A stretch of DNA of 64,000 bases from Eledone cirrhosa (GCA_964016885.1 OZ024740.1:425630001-425694000); one strand, 5' to 3'. Positions 40,420-54,582 are shown, counted from the first letter of the stretch. Notes: generated by a model not told the origin, from the letters alone. Translations and numbers: made by a program.

Positions 40420-40995
40420 TTGTTATATTTGGGGAGGGTGATGCTGTCCTAATTTTGCAAGAAAATAATAATTGTTTCTACATTAGGCACAAGGCCAGCA
40501 ATTACCCAGTGCATTACTAGTACTTTATTTTATCGACCCCGTAAGGATGAAAGGCAAAGTCAACCTCGGCGGGATTTGAACTCAGATCGTAAAGGGACGT
40601 AACTATGCTGGAAAGCATGGCGTCCGACCCTCTACCGATACTGCCAATCCACAGAAAATAATAATAAACAGATTCACTGTTTGGTTTGGTTTTCGCTTCA
40701 GCATATTTTTATAAATGATTTAGCCGACAATCACTGTTTATCATTGATTGACCAACATATAAAAATATAAATATGAATATAATTTCTCAAAGTGACTGAA
40801 GATGTCACACATTTCTCTGTGACATCTTCAGTGATTATCGCTGTGATTCCTCCAGTTGATTGCCAGCTAAATTATTTATAGAAATATAAAAATATACTGA
40901 AGCGAAAACCAAACCAAATCAAACAGTGAGTATGTTTTTTTTTATTGTTTTTGACAATATTAAAACAACATGAACCCCGCCCCACATATAACATT
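40420..40995. mobile_element. Old fold-back element interrupted by a SINE
   Basis: TCACTGTTTGGTTTGGTTTTCGCTTCAG is mirrored at 40897-40930 and the outer arms align loosely. Central hairpin ACTGAAGATGTCACA..TGTGACATCTTCAGT. Confidence 0.65.
40473..40652 (-). mobile_element. tRNA-derived SINE (Meta-domain-like), near full length
   Basis: A box TGGCAGTATCGG, B box GAGTTCAAATCC, 13-bp TSD AGAAAATAATAAT. Confidence 0.9.
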
Positions 40996-41412
40996 TTCTG
41001 TTTCAATACACGCTTTCATATAAAAAAATTAAATTAATTGTTTATTAGAAATTAAAGTCGTAAAATTGCAGAATTATTAGAGCGTCCTATAGAACGTGTG
41101 TAGCATTTGTTCCAATTCATTGCCTTCTGCATTCAAATCCCACCGAAGCTATTTTTGTTTTCTATTTTTCGGATGTTAGATAAGACTTGTCTTGCGGCAT
41201 TTGATCTTTTCCTTTTTTTTACGTTCAAATTTCTCAAAATGTTGTCCTCGTGGGTGAAATTAGACATTCCTGATCAAATATTGAACTGGAATTGAACGAG
41301 AAGTTGACCGGAGAAAAACATCGTGGTTGTATGAAGAATAGTGACAAACAAGCAAAACATGTACTGTGGTGAAAGAAGCAGCACGACAAAGAATTAGTCA
41401 TAAATAATACAT

Positions 41413-41446
<34 letters not shown>

Positions 41447-41448
41447 GC

Positions 41449-41593
<145 letters not shown>

Positions 41594-41683
41594 ATGAAAT
41601 CGAAAATGCAACTGGAGTCTTATTTTTAAAAAAAATATATCTATTTATTTGGTGCCTTTACCGGTTTCGCAGTTCTTCTGCTT

Positions 41684-42562
41684 TTCTACAAACCAACAGA
41701 TTCCAAACAATACCTGCTATTCACCTCCAACCATCCAAAGCACACGGAGACGAACATTCCTTTTAACCTAGCAAGAAGAATTTGCACAATTGTCTCCAAT
41801 TATGAAACGCGAAATAAAAGACTTCAAGAATTAAAGGAAATTCTACTCGAAAGAGAGTACCCACTATTACTAAGAAATAATGGAATAGAAAGGGCTAAAG
41901 CAATAGGCATTGATGAATTACGAAAACAAAAACAAATTCAAGGTACGTCCAATATTCTATCATATATCTCAACACACAACCCAAGAAATGCGGAAGCTTA
42001 CAACACTATTCACAAGAACATCCCACTACTAAAACAAAACCCAAGAATGAAAAAAGCCCTTGAAACACACAAAATAATCAAAAACAAAAGACAACCGAAA
42101 TCACTGAAAACATTACTCACCAATGCCAAATTACCTACCACAAACCCACAACCAAGTGTCAAAAAATGTGGTCGCTCTAATTGTGGAACCTGCACTCACC
42201 TCATTGAAGGCAACACGTATACATTTAAATCAGGACAAAATTTTACTGTAAAAAATCACTTCACTTGCTCATCAAAAAATCTAATTTATGCCATTAAATG
42301 TAAAGGATGCAATGAAGATTATATAGGACAAACTAAACTCACACCCAGAAACAGAATGACAGTTCATCGTCAACAATTACGAGATCCAACCACGAGACAG
42401 ATAGCACTAAGCGCACATCTATACATATGTGCAAGTAATAAGACACCCAAATTCCAAGTCTTCCCATTTTACCTTTGCGCTAACAATACAACAGAACAAA
42501 TACGAATAAATAAGGAAAATATGTTTATTCAAAAATATAGACCAGCATTAAATATGGTTTAA
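41684..42562 (+). pseudogene. Penelope-like polyprotein C-terminus: RT thumb, Cys-rich linker, GIY-YIG endonuclease
   Basis: Open frame FYKPTDSKQYLLFTSNHPKH...KCGRSNCGTC...NLIYAIKCKGCNEDYIGQT...RMTVHR. It extends the listed ORF 42047-42562 upstream in frame. Confidence 0.9.
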
Positions 42563-43059
42563 TATACATTATGTCAACACCATAACATGCTAACCATCCA
42601 AACAGACACATACACACACACATAACACCTTCTACTTTAGAAAATAAAAACCCGAACTAAATAAACCTTAACATACGTTTGCACTGACAATACAACAAAA
42701 CAAATACGAATAAGTAAGGAAAATATGTTTATTCAAAAATATTCCTACTAAAGGAATCATTTTCCTACACACACACACACACACACACACAATATATATA
42801 TATATTCTCTTCATCTTAACATGCTAACCATACTCCCACACACATAACACCCATACACACACATAACAACCCCCACACCCACACACACAACTCCCTCCTC
42901 CATTTCTACTAATAGAGTCACTTTCCTACACACATATATACACACACACAAAATATATATTCTCTCCATCTTAACATACACCCGCACACACACACATAAC
43001 ACCCATATATACACACACACAACTCCCTCCCCCATTTCTACTAATAGAATCATCTTCTA

Positions 43060-43090
<31 letters not shown>

Positions 43091-43410
43091 AGCACACAAA
43101 TAAACATACATATCTTTACTCTCTTTATTCAATAGAAAATCTGAATTCTGACACCCCAGCGAACCAACCATATTCACTGAACCAGAACAATTCTCCCATC
43201 ACATTTCTCTTGACCATTATCTTTTGCTTGTCATAAAATTCTCTAAAAAACCTACAGAATAGATTTCCAAATAAGGGCACGAAAATTAAATGAAAACTTG
43301 TTCACGTGACAGTCATAATTTCATTTATAACCAATCAAATTACGTTTATTAAAAAAAGCCTTCGTGAGCCCCTTTTTTAAGTGAAAAGAAATTCAAACAC
43401 ACACACACAC

Positions 43411-43511
<101 letters not shown>

Positions 43512-44034
43512 GCACACAAATAAACACATATCTTTACTTTCTTTATTCAATAGAAAATCTGAATTCTGACACCTCAGCGAACTAACCATATTCACTGAAC
43601 CAGAACAATTCTCCCATCCCATTTCTCTTGACCATTATCTTTTGCTTGTCATAAAATTCTCTAAAAAGGCTACAGAATAGATTTCCAAATAAGGGCGCGA
43701 AAATTTAATGAAAACTTGTTCACGTGACCGGCATAATTTCATTTATAACCAATCAAATTACGTTTATTAAAAAAAAGCCTTCGTGAGCCGCCTTTTTTTA
43801 AGTAAAAAGAAATTCAAACACTCATATATAAAAAAACAACATGCCCCCCCCCCCCCCTGGTTTGAAGAACTTTGTAACGCGAACTGACGCGAAATTTATT
43901 ATAATTATTGACCAACCAATCAAATTACTTCTCGAAAAACCTGGCATTTCGAGCCACTTTTTCCATATAAAACAAGTAACATTCAGAGACCAACCAGATG
44001 TGAGAAAAACCACAGACCCTCCATCTCAACTCTA

Positions 44035-44070
44035 CTTTTGAAAAGCAGAAGAACTGCGAAACCGGTAAAG
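44035..44070 (+). ncRNA. Minimal hammerhead motif, U3-A8 covariant core
   Basis: CTT-TTGAAAA-GCAG(AAGAA)CTGC-GAAA-CCGG-TA/AAG, with palindromic stem III ACCGGT. Confidence 0.7.
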
Positions 44071-44199
44071 GAACCAAATAAATATATATATTTTTTTAAA
44101 AATAAGACTCCAGTTGCATTTTCGATTTCATCTTTTTTTTTATACTTTCACACGTGTAGGACACCTCGGTTATTTTTCATTTTGTAAAAAAAACCTCAC

Positions 44200-44262
<63 letters not shown>

Positions 44263-44267
<5 letters not shown>

Positions 44268-46406
44268 TAAAATAAGAGATTAAAGTTTAAGCAAATAATC
44301 GCTGCTTTCACCCTTAACGGGATCTTCTGAAACTAACAAAGTCAATCTGTAAACGCAGAAGTGAATATTTCAAAAAACGTTGCAACCGGAGGAAGACAGG
44401 TAGAAGATACTTTGGTTCGTGGAAACATTCCCTGGCAAAGAACGGGAAAAAACGAATATAATATGTCATTATTTGGAGCGGTGAAAAACAATTACACGCA
44501 AAGACAGAACCACGTTTATGGTATAAAAGAAGTCGTAGACTAATATTCTCTTAGATGGTTCATAGAGACGTTCTCAGTCAATGAACGGAAAAAAACGAAG
44601 ATAATACGTCATATGTGGAGCGTGGAGGACAATTGCACGCAAAGACAAAACCACGTAAATGGTATAACTGAAGTCGTAGACTAAAATTCTAACTAGGAAA
44701 CCGAATGATTCTCCGCTTCAGAGTTAAGAATAAAGTAAGGATTTCGAAGTTGATGTCATCCTCAATGCCCGTAAGTCGGTGATTAATTTCGACGACTCTA
44801 TTTGGATAAAAAACCCAATAGTACCCCATTCGACGTGAGTATGGGCGCCAGCGATTCTGCGGAGGTTACAGATCTTATCGGCCTTTTCCTTCTTTTCTCT
44901 ATCAAGGACGAATTCCCCAACGTGGGCGGTGGTTTGTACCGTGATGATGGTCTTTTGACCATGACTAAGTGCGGCCCTCGTGCTTGCGACAGGTTTAGAA
45001 AAGAACTCACAGCCTTCTTTAAAGGCTTCAACCTCTCTATACAGGTTGAGGCCAACCTCTCGCTCGTTAATTACCTCGACGTTACCCTCAATTTATCGAA
45101 TGGCTTGTATAACCCGTATAGAAAGCCGAATGATACGCTTAATTCCAACCATCCTGCCAGCATAAACATGAACCTGGTAAGAAACGTTTCGTTGAGGCTT
45201 TCCCGTCTATCTACTAACGAGCATATTTTCAACGACCATTCCTCATATTACAATGAAGCTCTTGCTCGGAGTGGATTTATCGATAAGGTAGCATATACAG
45301 AGTACGAGAATAGACCTAGAAGAAATAGATCCCGACGCATTATATGGTATAACCCACCATATAATATGGAGGTGGCCACACCATTAGCTAAGATCTTTCT
45401 ATCCCTTATTACGAAGCATTTTACCCCTACACATAAATATAGTAACATTTTTAATAGAAATACTATTAAAATGTCTTACTCTACGACTCCTAACCTTGCA
45501 TATAACATCACAGCTTCAAATTTAGCTAAACTACCTAGCCGTATGAACACGTGCAACCCTGTAGTTAGTACTAACTGTAATTGTAGGAATCGGGTTGATT
45601 ACTCCCTATCCTGGAAATGCCTCTCTAGTAACATTGTCTACAAATGTAAGGTTGAAACACCCACGTCCCGTTGGGCCTACATAGGGTTAACCGCCAATAG
45701 ATTCAAGCAGCGTCTTTACATGCATACCCATTCTTTTCGTTACCCTCTAAGAAGGAATATGACGTCACTTTCAGCTTACATCTGGAGTCTAAAGTATCAC
45801 CACACCTAATATAAGTTACACTGGGGGATCCTAGCTAGGGCTAGATCGTATAACGGAAATAAAAGACCATGTGACCTCTGCGCCGCTGAGACCCTGGAAA
45901 TACTCAACGCCACAGACGACATCTTAAACAAAAAATCTGAGGCAATTTCGGCTTGTAAACATAAATTGCACAAAACTTTCCTGTATTACAGCCCCACATT
46001 ATACCCTAACGGATAGTACGATCTATACGCGGATATTTTACGTCTTGATGTGGTAGCTAAGTATATGTTATGTTTATACCATTACTTATTTGCATAGGTA
46101 AGTATATATTACCTGTATGTTTTGTGAAGGTACGTATACTTTCTCGTACGTATATTTGATTGTATATATATTGGCGTATATTTTATATATTCTGGTACAT
46201 ATGCTTTTGGTTATGTGTATACGTGAGTTTTGCGTCTGTGTGAGTATGCGGGTTCGTACGTATGTAGGGTGTGTGTATATATGTACTTCGTGTTTTGGTT
46301 GACGTAGTCTCCGAACATTCGTGTATTTATATGTAGGTATGTGTGTGCGCTTGTTATATACGTATTTATTTATTTATATACGTTTATTTAATTATTTGTA
46401 TACACG

Positions 46407-46438
<32 letters not shown>

Positions 46439-47111
46439 TATTTATATGTACCTGTATTTGTATACTTATGGCGAATGTTTTTGCGTATGCTTGTGTATGT
46501 ACGAATTTGGATGCGTGTATGTATTTATTTAATATCTATTACCTCTGTATTGTATTTTATTTACTTTTTTCTTAATTCTGAAGCGGATAATCATTCGGTT
46601 TCCTAGTTAGAATTTTAGTCTACGACTTCAGCTATACCGTTTACGTGGTTTTGTCTTTGCGTGCAATTGTTCTCCACGCTCCACATATGATGTATTATCT
46701 TCGTTTTTTCCGTTCATTGCCAGAGAACGTATAAGAGAATATTAGTCTACGACTTTATTTATACCATAAACGTGGTTCTGTCTTTGCGTGTAATTGATTT
46801 TCACGGCTCCAAATAATGACGTATTATATTCGTTTTTTTCCGTTCTTTGCCAGGAAACGTTTCCACGAACCAAAGTATCGTCTTCTTGTCTTCCTCCGGT
46901 TGCAACGTTTTTTGAAATATTCACTTCTGCGTTCACAGATTGACTTTGTTAGTTTCAGAAGATCCCGTTAAGGGTGAAAGCACCGATTCTTTGCTTAAAC
47001 TTTAATCTGTTATTTTAATAAATATTTGCTCTACGGTTCTTATATATTTGATATATATTTATCCTTATCGAGCCCTCTTTGGATTTTAGTCTTCAAATTT
47101 ATTATTATTAC
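44263..47111 (+). mobile_element. 5'-truncated Penelope-like element (Naiad-like) with ~470-bp inverted pseudo-LTRs
   Basis: Arms 44263-44738 and 46561-47022, tail 47023-47111, (TA)n on both sides. Hammerhead-like motifs at 44284-44334 (-) and 46951-47001 (+). Confidence 0.92.
44740..46016 (+). pseudogene. Penelope-like RT plus GIY-YIG endonuclease (one frameshift near 44810, premature TAA at 45807)
   Basis: FDVSMGASDSAEV, GLYRDDGL, NYLDVTLNL..PYRKP, WYNPPY, CNCR..KCL, IVYKC..YIGLT..FKQR; after the stop it reads CDLC..E..LNKKSE..CKH. Confidence 0.92.
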
Positions 47112-47137
47112 TATATATATATATATATATATATATA

Positions 47138-47346
<209 letters not shown>

Positions 47347-47362
47347 CGTGTGTGTGTGTGTG

Positions 47363-47467
<105 letters not shown>

Positions 47468-47796
47468 ATTGTATATTTATATTTGTGGTGTGTATAGTTT
47501 CTATTGTATGTGAACACCTACGACTGCACCTATATTTTATTATTTATCCCTAGACAACATTGTGAAGACATGATGAAGCCGATCCAATATATTTCGGGAA
47601 TTATCACCGTCATAATGGCAACGTATCAGGATTATTATCTAAAGTATATTCTTCCTTTATTAACATTGTAGGTTGTGCAATTTATAGACCATGTAGAGAT
47701 TCCCTCAGTGGCTCGTCATGTGTATAAGTCTAAAGGTATTGTGATGTGTTCGTCCTCTCGATTGTGTGTCAACACTTATGGTTATTTTTGTGTATA

Positions 47797-47877
<81 letters not shown>

Positions 47878-48242
47878 ATATAGACAGAAAAGAGAGAGAA
47901 GATCAGTGTATCTTTATATGCATGCGTAAGACGTGAGAATTCATTAGTAAACGTATGAGAGGAATTATATCTAGGGTGTGTCAGAAACAGTTTTGAAAAA
48001 ATTTAGTGCATCTGATTTAACAGAGCTTTATCTGACATCGAAAGCTTCAACACTTAGACAAGATAAATTCCAGTCAATGCCACCGTCTCTATATGTGTGA
48101 GTCTAGTTAATAATGTTTTCCATGGGTCATCAATTTTGGCGGGAGGGAAAGCTAATTAAATGGAACCAATACTTAACGGGTAATTTATTTTGTCGACGTC
48201 GGAAAGTTGATAGGGAGGCCTGAGCAAGATTTCAACTGGGGA

Positions 48243-48312
<70 letters not shown>

Positions 48313-48315
48313 TTA

Positions 48316-48574
48316 TTATGTAATAAACAACATAAGACAATTATTCCATTTACCAAAGGTTTCTCGAAGACAGACGTGCTCAACACAGACGTCTGAAATC
48401 TTACGTCCATATTAAATTTCATTCTGATGAGCGATTTCAGACGTCTGTGTTGAGCTCGTCTGTCTTCGTGAAACCTTTGGTAAATGGAATAATGTTGTTT
48501 ATTACATAATTATATAACTCTGTATCATATATAGAGCACTCTCCTTTCCTTTACCCTTCCTACGGAAATACTTC

Positions 48575-48575
<1 letters not shown>
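48316..48575. mobile_element. Fold-back element, family 1
   Basis: The left arm 48316-48400 is truncated within stem II. The right arm is complete and carries a ~65-bp tail. Confidence 0.85.
48416..48490 (+). ncRNA. Complete type I hammerhead motif
   Basis: ATTTCATT-CTGATGA-GCGA..CAGACG..CGTCTG..TCGT-GAAA-CC(TTT)GG-TA/AATGGAAT. Confidence 0.85.
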
Positions 48576-48623
<48 letters not shown>

Positions 48624-50173
48624 AATCAATATTTTTGAAAAACAGACAAGGTGTGATTACATTCTCTCGGGTATTTTGTCATCTGTATGTTTAAGTTGAC
48701 AATTCCAGTTACAAGCGTGTAGCCGACATTGAAATGTTAATCTTGGGTTCGTTGTGTATTTTCATTGTCCGTGTTTGAACCACCTTCCCCAAGCCTGAAG
48801 AGCCCCGGGATCACCATATTCTGAACCCAGCTCTGGTCGTATGGACTGAACTTGAAATTGAATGAGCCAGCCTTGAATATTCCTGAGATTGAAATTATGG
48901 GCTCGGTTTGTCACAGAACTGATCAACCACACATGTAGATCTAATAAAACAAGCTGGCCAATTGGTAAAAAAAAACACTCATCGCCTCAATCGACGCAGG
49001 TCCATACGATGTGTTACGTGTGTGATGGTGTAATTCATAGCACTCAATGTATATTGTTAGGTGGGAATGTCGTTACACATATGTAACTATTTGTGTGTAC
49101 ATGTGTGCTCGTCGGTGAATGCAGCGATATATGCATGCGTGGGTATGTGTATGCATGAGTGTGTATATGTGTGTGTGTGTGTGCCTATACGTATGTACGT
49201 GTGTGTATATGTGTGTGTATGTGCGTATATGTGTGTATGTGCGTGTATGTGTGTATGTGCATTTATGTATGTGTGCATATGTGTGTGTATGTGTGTATGT
49301 ACGTTTATGTATGTGCATATATGTGTGCATATGTGTGTGTATGTGTGTATGTACGTTTATGTATGTGCATATATGTGTGTATGTGTGGGTGTATGTGTGT
49401 GTGAATATGTATATGCATGTGTGAATGAGCGTGTATGTATGTATATACGTGTATGTATATGCGTGTATGTATGTATATACATATTTGTATATGTGTGTGT
49501 GTATGCATGTGTGTATATATATATATGTGTATGTGTGTATATATATATGTGTTGTGTGTATGTATGTCTGTAGCTGTATGTGAGAGTGGGTAGGTGTGAG
49601 AGAATGTGCGTGCCTTTGCGCGCGGGTGCGTGTGTATGGCTGCATGACTAAATTGAAGACACTCCTCGGTGGGAGAAAGGCCGTGTTCGCTGGAGCGTAG
49701 TCTTTCCCTTCTTCTAGATTCACAGTGCTTCTAGTGTAACACCGGCCGTTCTTATCTCGCCTATCAGGAAAGCAGCGCTGACATAGATATGATAATATTC
49801 GCTCTTCACCACACGCACATACCACTTCCATGTGTGCACACACGCACGGATATTTCCTTATTTCATTACGCACTGGTACATTTATACAAACACACACACA
49901 CGTACACACACATACACACATATACAAATACACATACACAGACACACACACAAACACACACACAAACACACACATATATATATATATATATTCGTACGTT
50001 TATACATAGATTCGTACATACATAGATACATTAGTACATACATACAGAGATCATATAAACATAGATACATACATACGTACGTACATATATACATACATAC
50101 ATTCATACATACGTACGTACATACATATATACATAAATACATACATACATACATACATACATACATAGATACA

Positions 50174-50207
<34 letters not shown>

Positions 50208-50439
50208 CATACAGACATTCAGACATTCATACATACATACGTACGTACATATATATATATATATACATACATACATACAGTCATACATACATACATACAT
50301 ACATACATACATACATACATACATACATACATACATACATACATACATACATACAGACATTCATACATACATACATATATACATACATACATACGTACTT
50401 ATACAGACAGACGCGTCTATGTAAAGATAATATTACTGA

Positions 50440-50667
50440 CACACGCCAGGTTCCTGTTGCTAACAGTTCATACTCAGAAACACGATTGTAAGCAATAGGT
50501 GTCTTACTTAACAAACACCTCACTTATAATCTAGTGTTTATTGAACATTTCTAGGTGTGTCCATATTTGATCACTTCTAGGACATCGAAGCAAAGATTCT
50601 TATCAAAGGTGTATGTCTATGAAGGTATGGTGATAGTGTCGGTAATACGGGGTACGTAGGTACCTTA
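50440..50667 (+). mobile_element. Penelope-like 3' end whose hammerhead core is lost; related tail fragments at 55230-55290 and 55315-55375
   Basis: CCTGTTGCT...GAAA-CACGATTG-TA/AGCAATAGG keeps stems I and III. AAAGGTGTATGT.TATGAAGG..GGTG..ATACGG..GTAGG recurs before TA tracts. Confidence 0.5.
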
Positions 50668-50672
50668 TATAT

Positions 50673-50733
<61 letters not shown>

Positions 50734-50756
50734 TGTATGTATATATATATATATAT

Positions 50757-51381
50757 CAATGGAAATCCGCTTGGATTATCCGTTTATTTTGGCAGTTGAA
50801 ACCGCGGTAAAGGCATATATAGTAAGTACAGCGAATTAAAAAAACTTTTTATTTATTTATTTTAAAACTTTTTTCTCTATTTGCTAGATCTGGATTTCAT
50901 GTTCTGGCTTGTTAATTTATTAACCCGCCATAGAACCACATTGGCATACGGTTGGATAATACTTGTATCTCTATATGTATTTTTTACACGTAGGAACACA
51001 TACCTTATTATTATTAATCTCCCCTAAGGTTGAGATAACACTTGGTCGTTTGAACTGCTGCTATTTCTCGTGGCAGGACATTGACCTGTGCACCCTTCCT
51101 TCTGTCTTTGCACACGGCACTAGACAAAATTATTTCTTTCATCATTCACTCTCATCCGCGAACAGTTTTGTATGGCGTCAGTTTGTGATTTAAACTCGGG
51201 AATTTTATATTCTCCGAGCGAGAAGAGCCTTCGGAAGAGAGTATCCTTCTCAATAGAAATGCGGTTGGATTATCCGTTTATTTTGGGACTTGAAACCGCG
51301 GTAAAGGCACATATAGTAAGTACAGCGAATTTTTTTTAATTTATTTTAAATCTTTTTCTCTATTTGCTAGACCTGGATTTT
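50757..51381 (+). mobile_element. Partial-tandem non-coding element with 494-bp period, hammerhead at 51227-51308
   Basis: GAAACCGCGGTAAAGGCA occurs at 50798 and 51292. Motif GCCTT-CGGAAGA-GAGT..ACTT-GAAA-CCGCGG-TA/AAGGC. (TA)n on both sides. Confidence 0.75.
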
Positions 51382-51445
51382 ATATATATATATATCTATA
51401 TTTATATATGTTTGATAGAACTATAAATACGGGGGGGGGGGGGGG

Positions 51446-52562
51446 CAGTACTAAGTACTAGCCGGTTACTCGTATGAGAAAAGGCTCAATGCAAATTTTC
51501 AAGTGTTTTACAGAGCCGAGATACAAAGTGTTAAAACGATCAAATTTTAGTTTAGAACATTTATTTGCTGACAATTGTTTCTTCCAGAGGGAAGTCTGAA
51601 ATCATCGGAGCATAAGGAATGTCGAAACATGTAACTAAAATCCTAGTCATTTAGAACATTTAGGGTACATAATTCTTGTTAGTGTCATAGGCATCATGTG
51701 GGAGTCAAGAGTTAAAAAGATGTTCTGCTTGAAAGAACACAATTACAGGCAGCACTGGCTGAAAGTGTAAGAGGTATAAGTAAAAATCACAAGCCAAAAA
51801 ATACAGGCAAAAAAGTTATAAGCAAGGAAAACTGGTGTACAATGCAGGAGTCAATACAATCAATAAGGCATGTATGAGGAAAGAGTTATAATGCAGTTGA
51901 AATAAACATTTTGTGTGGGGTGTTAAAGCATGTTATAATTGTTATAAATGTTTAAGGTAGTGTGCAATTTGTTAGAGAGGCATGTGGTGATAATGTAGGT
52001 ATTTGTTATGTAAGGTGTAATGCAAAGCACGTGATAGAGTTGGATATGTGATTTTCATTTAAGTGTGTTTGTGTTGTAGTTCGTATGTATGTGTATATGT
52101 TGTTTGTTACTCACAGCTATTAACCATGGGATTATTTTGAGTCGTTTATAGTCAATAGGTGTTTGTTTGTTAAATGTAAATTCCACAGAATTACTGGCAA
52201 TGTTGTTATTGTAGGTATATTATCTTATACATTTTTTAATCTACAAATTATCTTTTCTAGGGTTTGTATTAACCGTTATTAAGCTGTTGATAAACCGTTA
52301 GGTTGCTTAATTTTATAAGTTTACACAGGAAGTTGTAAAGGGGGTTAATAACAAAGGGAGGTAATTAAGGTTGTTGATAAATTAAGGGTTGTTTTAATAT
52401 TGTAGTAGTGTTATAAATTAATCTTTATAGAGTGTATAAAATATTATTGGTTATATAGTTGTTATCTTTTAAACTTGTGTGGAGGGAGTTAAAAACATTT
52501 TAAACATTATTTTATTATAACTAGATAGTTTTTACATAGTTAGTATATGTATATATAATATA

Positions 52563-52645
<83 letters not shown>

Positions 52646-52689
52646 AGAATGTGTATATATATATACACATACACACACATACACACACG

Positions 52690-52761
<72 letters not shown>

Positions 52762-53478
52762 TACACAGATTGTGTAGAGAGAGTTGAAGTTTTTAATGAC
52801 AGGGTAGTGAGTTGCATAATATATACTGGAGTAATTGGAGTTATATACACAGTTGTCTGCTATTTAGTTGGTGTTGAATATTGAGAGTATCTTAGAGTGT
52901 CTATATTATTTAAATATTTTAATTGTATAAGGTAAAAGATCAAAGAAGGGGTTTATTGACTGTATGTAGGTTAGTGTGGTCTTTTAATTAAGGTGTCCTA
53001 TATTCATGAAGGTCTAATTGGATACATTAAAAGGTGGTGGTCTTGTGTTATCTCCGACATTGGTCTTTATTTTTATTTTTATTTTTATTATTATTAGTTA
53101 CTAGGTTTGAAGTAGTGGAACGAGAATCTATGGTAATGTGGACACGTGGAGAAGATCTCTGATTTCCTATTTAGACTCGAGGATGCAAAGGTTACAAAAT
53201 TTGTTAGGTGGTCTATTTAAGGGGCCTTAGCTATCACTTCCCATTTTAACGTGTATGGTATATTACTTGATTTTAATGAGTGTATGTATGTGGATAGTGA
53301 GGATACGTTGCTAAGTTTAAGGTTTCTGAATGAATGAAGGTGCGAATTATATCTGGTCTTAAAGCTATTCGATGTTGAGCCTATATATACATTCAAGATG
53401 TGGTTAGCAGTTACAGTACCGGAGTAGATAATGTCTTTAATAAGGCAGTTCTTATTTAATGGGCATGTCTTGTTAGGT
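51446..53478 (-). mobile_element. Second Naiad-like element remnant: GIY-YIG domain (53478 to about 53100), long 3' UTR, hammerhead at 51567-51611
   Basis: CPLNKNCLIKDIIYSG..VYIGSTSNSFKTRYNSH..LNRKSEIFSTCPH. Motif GCT-CCGATGA-TTTCAGA/TCTGGAA-GAAA-CAATTG-TC/AGC. Confidence 0.8.
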
Positions 53479-53510
<32 letters not shown>

Positions 53511-53853
53511 CAAAGGTACGTATTGAGTTAGAAACTCAAAATAGTCTCTTAGAATTGAATAGCTCAAAGAAACAAGTTTTTCTGAGCCGTGTAATATAAT
53601 TGAATATAAAAGAGAGATAAACACAGATCTAAACATACATGTGTTCAAATCGTAAGGGACCAGATTCGCTAGTGTGAAAAAAATACTAACTATTAACAAT
53701 AGGGTTTGCCAGACTCAATTTAAAACAATAAATCAAGAAAAGAAATACAAACCGATATTGGGCAACTTCCTAACACCCAGACAGCTGGTGCCTTACGATT
53801 TGAACACATATATGTTTATATCTGTGTTTATCTCTCTTTTATATTCAATTATA
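53511..53853. mobile_element. Fold-back element with ~70-bp arms and an ~85-bp left tail
   Basis: 53595-53664 mirrors 53786-53854, with TA flanks. No convincing ribozyme core. Confidence 0.7.
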
Positions 53854-53868
53854 TATATATATAAATTT

Positions 53869-54315
53869 AAATTTAAAGGTATAGTACTAGGAAAAACAAA
53901 CGACTAGGCATGAAATAAAGGTTAGCGGAGAAATATTTATTTAGAGTCCGTTCTTTAACATATGTTTCAATACAATATCAGTCTATGAGCGCTGATTTAT
54001 TTTATTATACTCAATCACAAGCATTACATAAAACACTACACTTCATCAGAAAAAGTATAGTGTTCATAGTTGTAGGTGAGGTCGCTGTATCTTGCAGTAA
54101 GGATTTTCTTACCGTTATCTACTCGGACTTAAAGGCAACTTCTTGCCTAGTCGTTTGTTTTTCCTAGTAATATACCTTTAAATTATAATTACTCCGCGAT
54201 CTTCCACTTAGATACTGTAGATTAAACTCTGAAAATGGACTATTACCGTACCTCCTGCAATGACCATGTCTGGAAAAATACTTTGGTAAGCAAACTTCCA
54301 GAGAAGCTATAGATG
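53869..54315. mobile_element. Fold-back element with hammerhead motif at 53952-54054 (-)
   Basis: Arms 53872-53913 and 54140-54182, tail on the right. Motif TTTTT-CTGATGA-AGTGTAGTG..TATTGTATT-GAAA-CATATG-TT/AAAGA. Confidence 0.7.
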
Positions 54316-54319
54316 TAAA

Positions 54320-54360
<41 letters not shown>

Positions 54361-54363
<3 letters not shown>

Positions 54364-54582
54364 TGAAAAATGGGGTGCTCCGTTGTTGCGAATATGAACA
54401 TATGAATAAAAATAGACCGAGAAACAAGAATGTCCGTCACCAGTAGCCTGCTGATTATCATTGGTATTTCTTCGCATTAAAGACTAGATACCTAAAGTCT
54501 TTAATGCGAAGAAATACCAATGATAATCACGAGGCTACTGATGACGGACATTCTTGTTTCTCGGTCTATTTTTATTCATATA
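54361..54582. mobile_element. Fold-back element with ~86-bp arms and a ~40-bp left tail
   Basis: 54400-54485 mirrors 54496-54581, with (TA)n on both sides. Confidence 0.8.

Noticed and set aside
44740-46600. Selenoprotein/SECIS, as reported for some Naiad elements
   Set aside because: The interrupting stop is TAA, there is no in-frame TGA, and I could not see a SECIS fold.
48700-49800. GC-balanced islands (48700-48890 and 49630-49790) as host exons on the minus strand
   Set aside because: Acceptor-like AGs and short open frames exist, but there is no recognisable protein or clear donor site. RNA-seq would be needed.
51593-51636. Plus-strand hammerhead-like motif overlapping the minus-strand one (AGT-CTGAAAT..GAAA-CATG-TA/ACT)
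   Set aside because: The core lacks G8 and A9 and stem II does not pair well.
54538-54570. CTGATGA in the right arm of the fold-back as a hammerhead core
   Set aside because: No downstream GAAA or stem III, and the mirror arm reads CTGGTGA.
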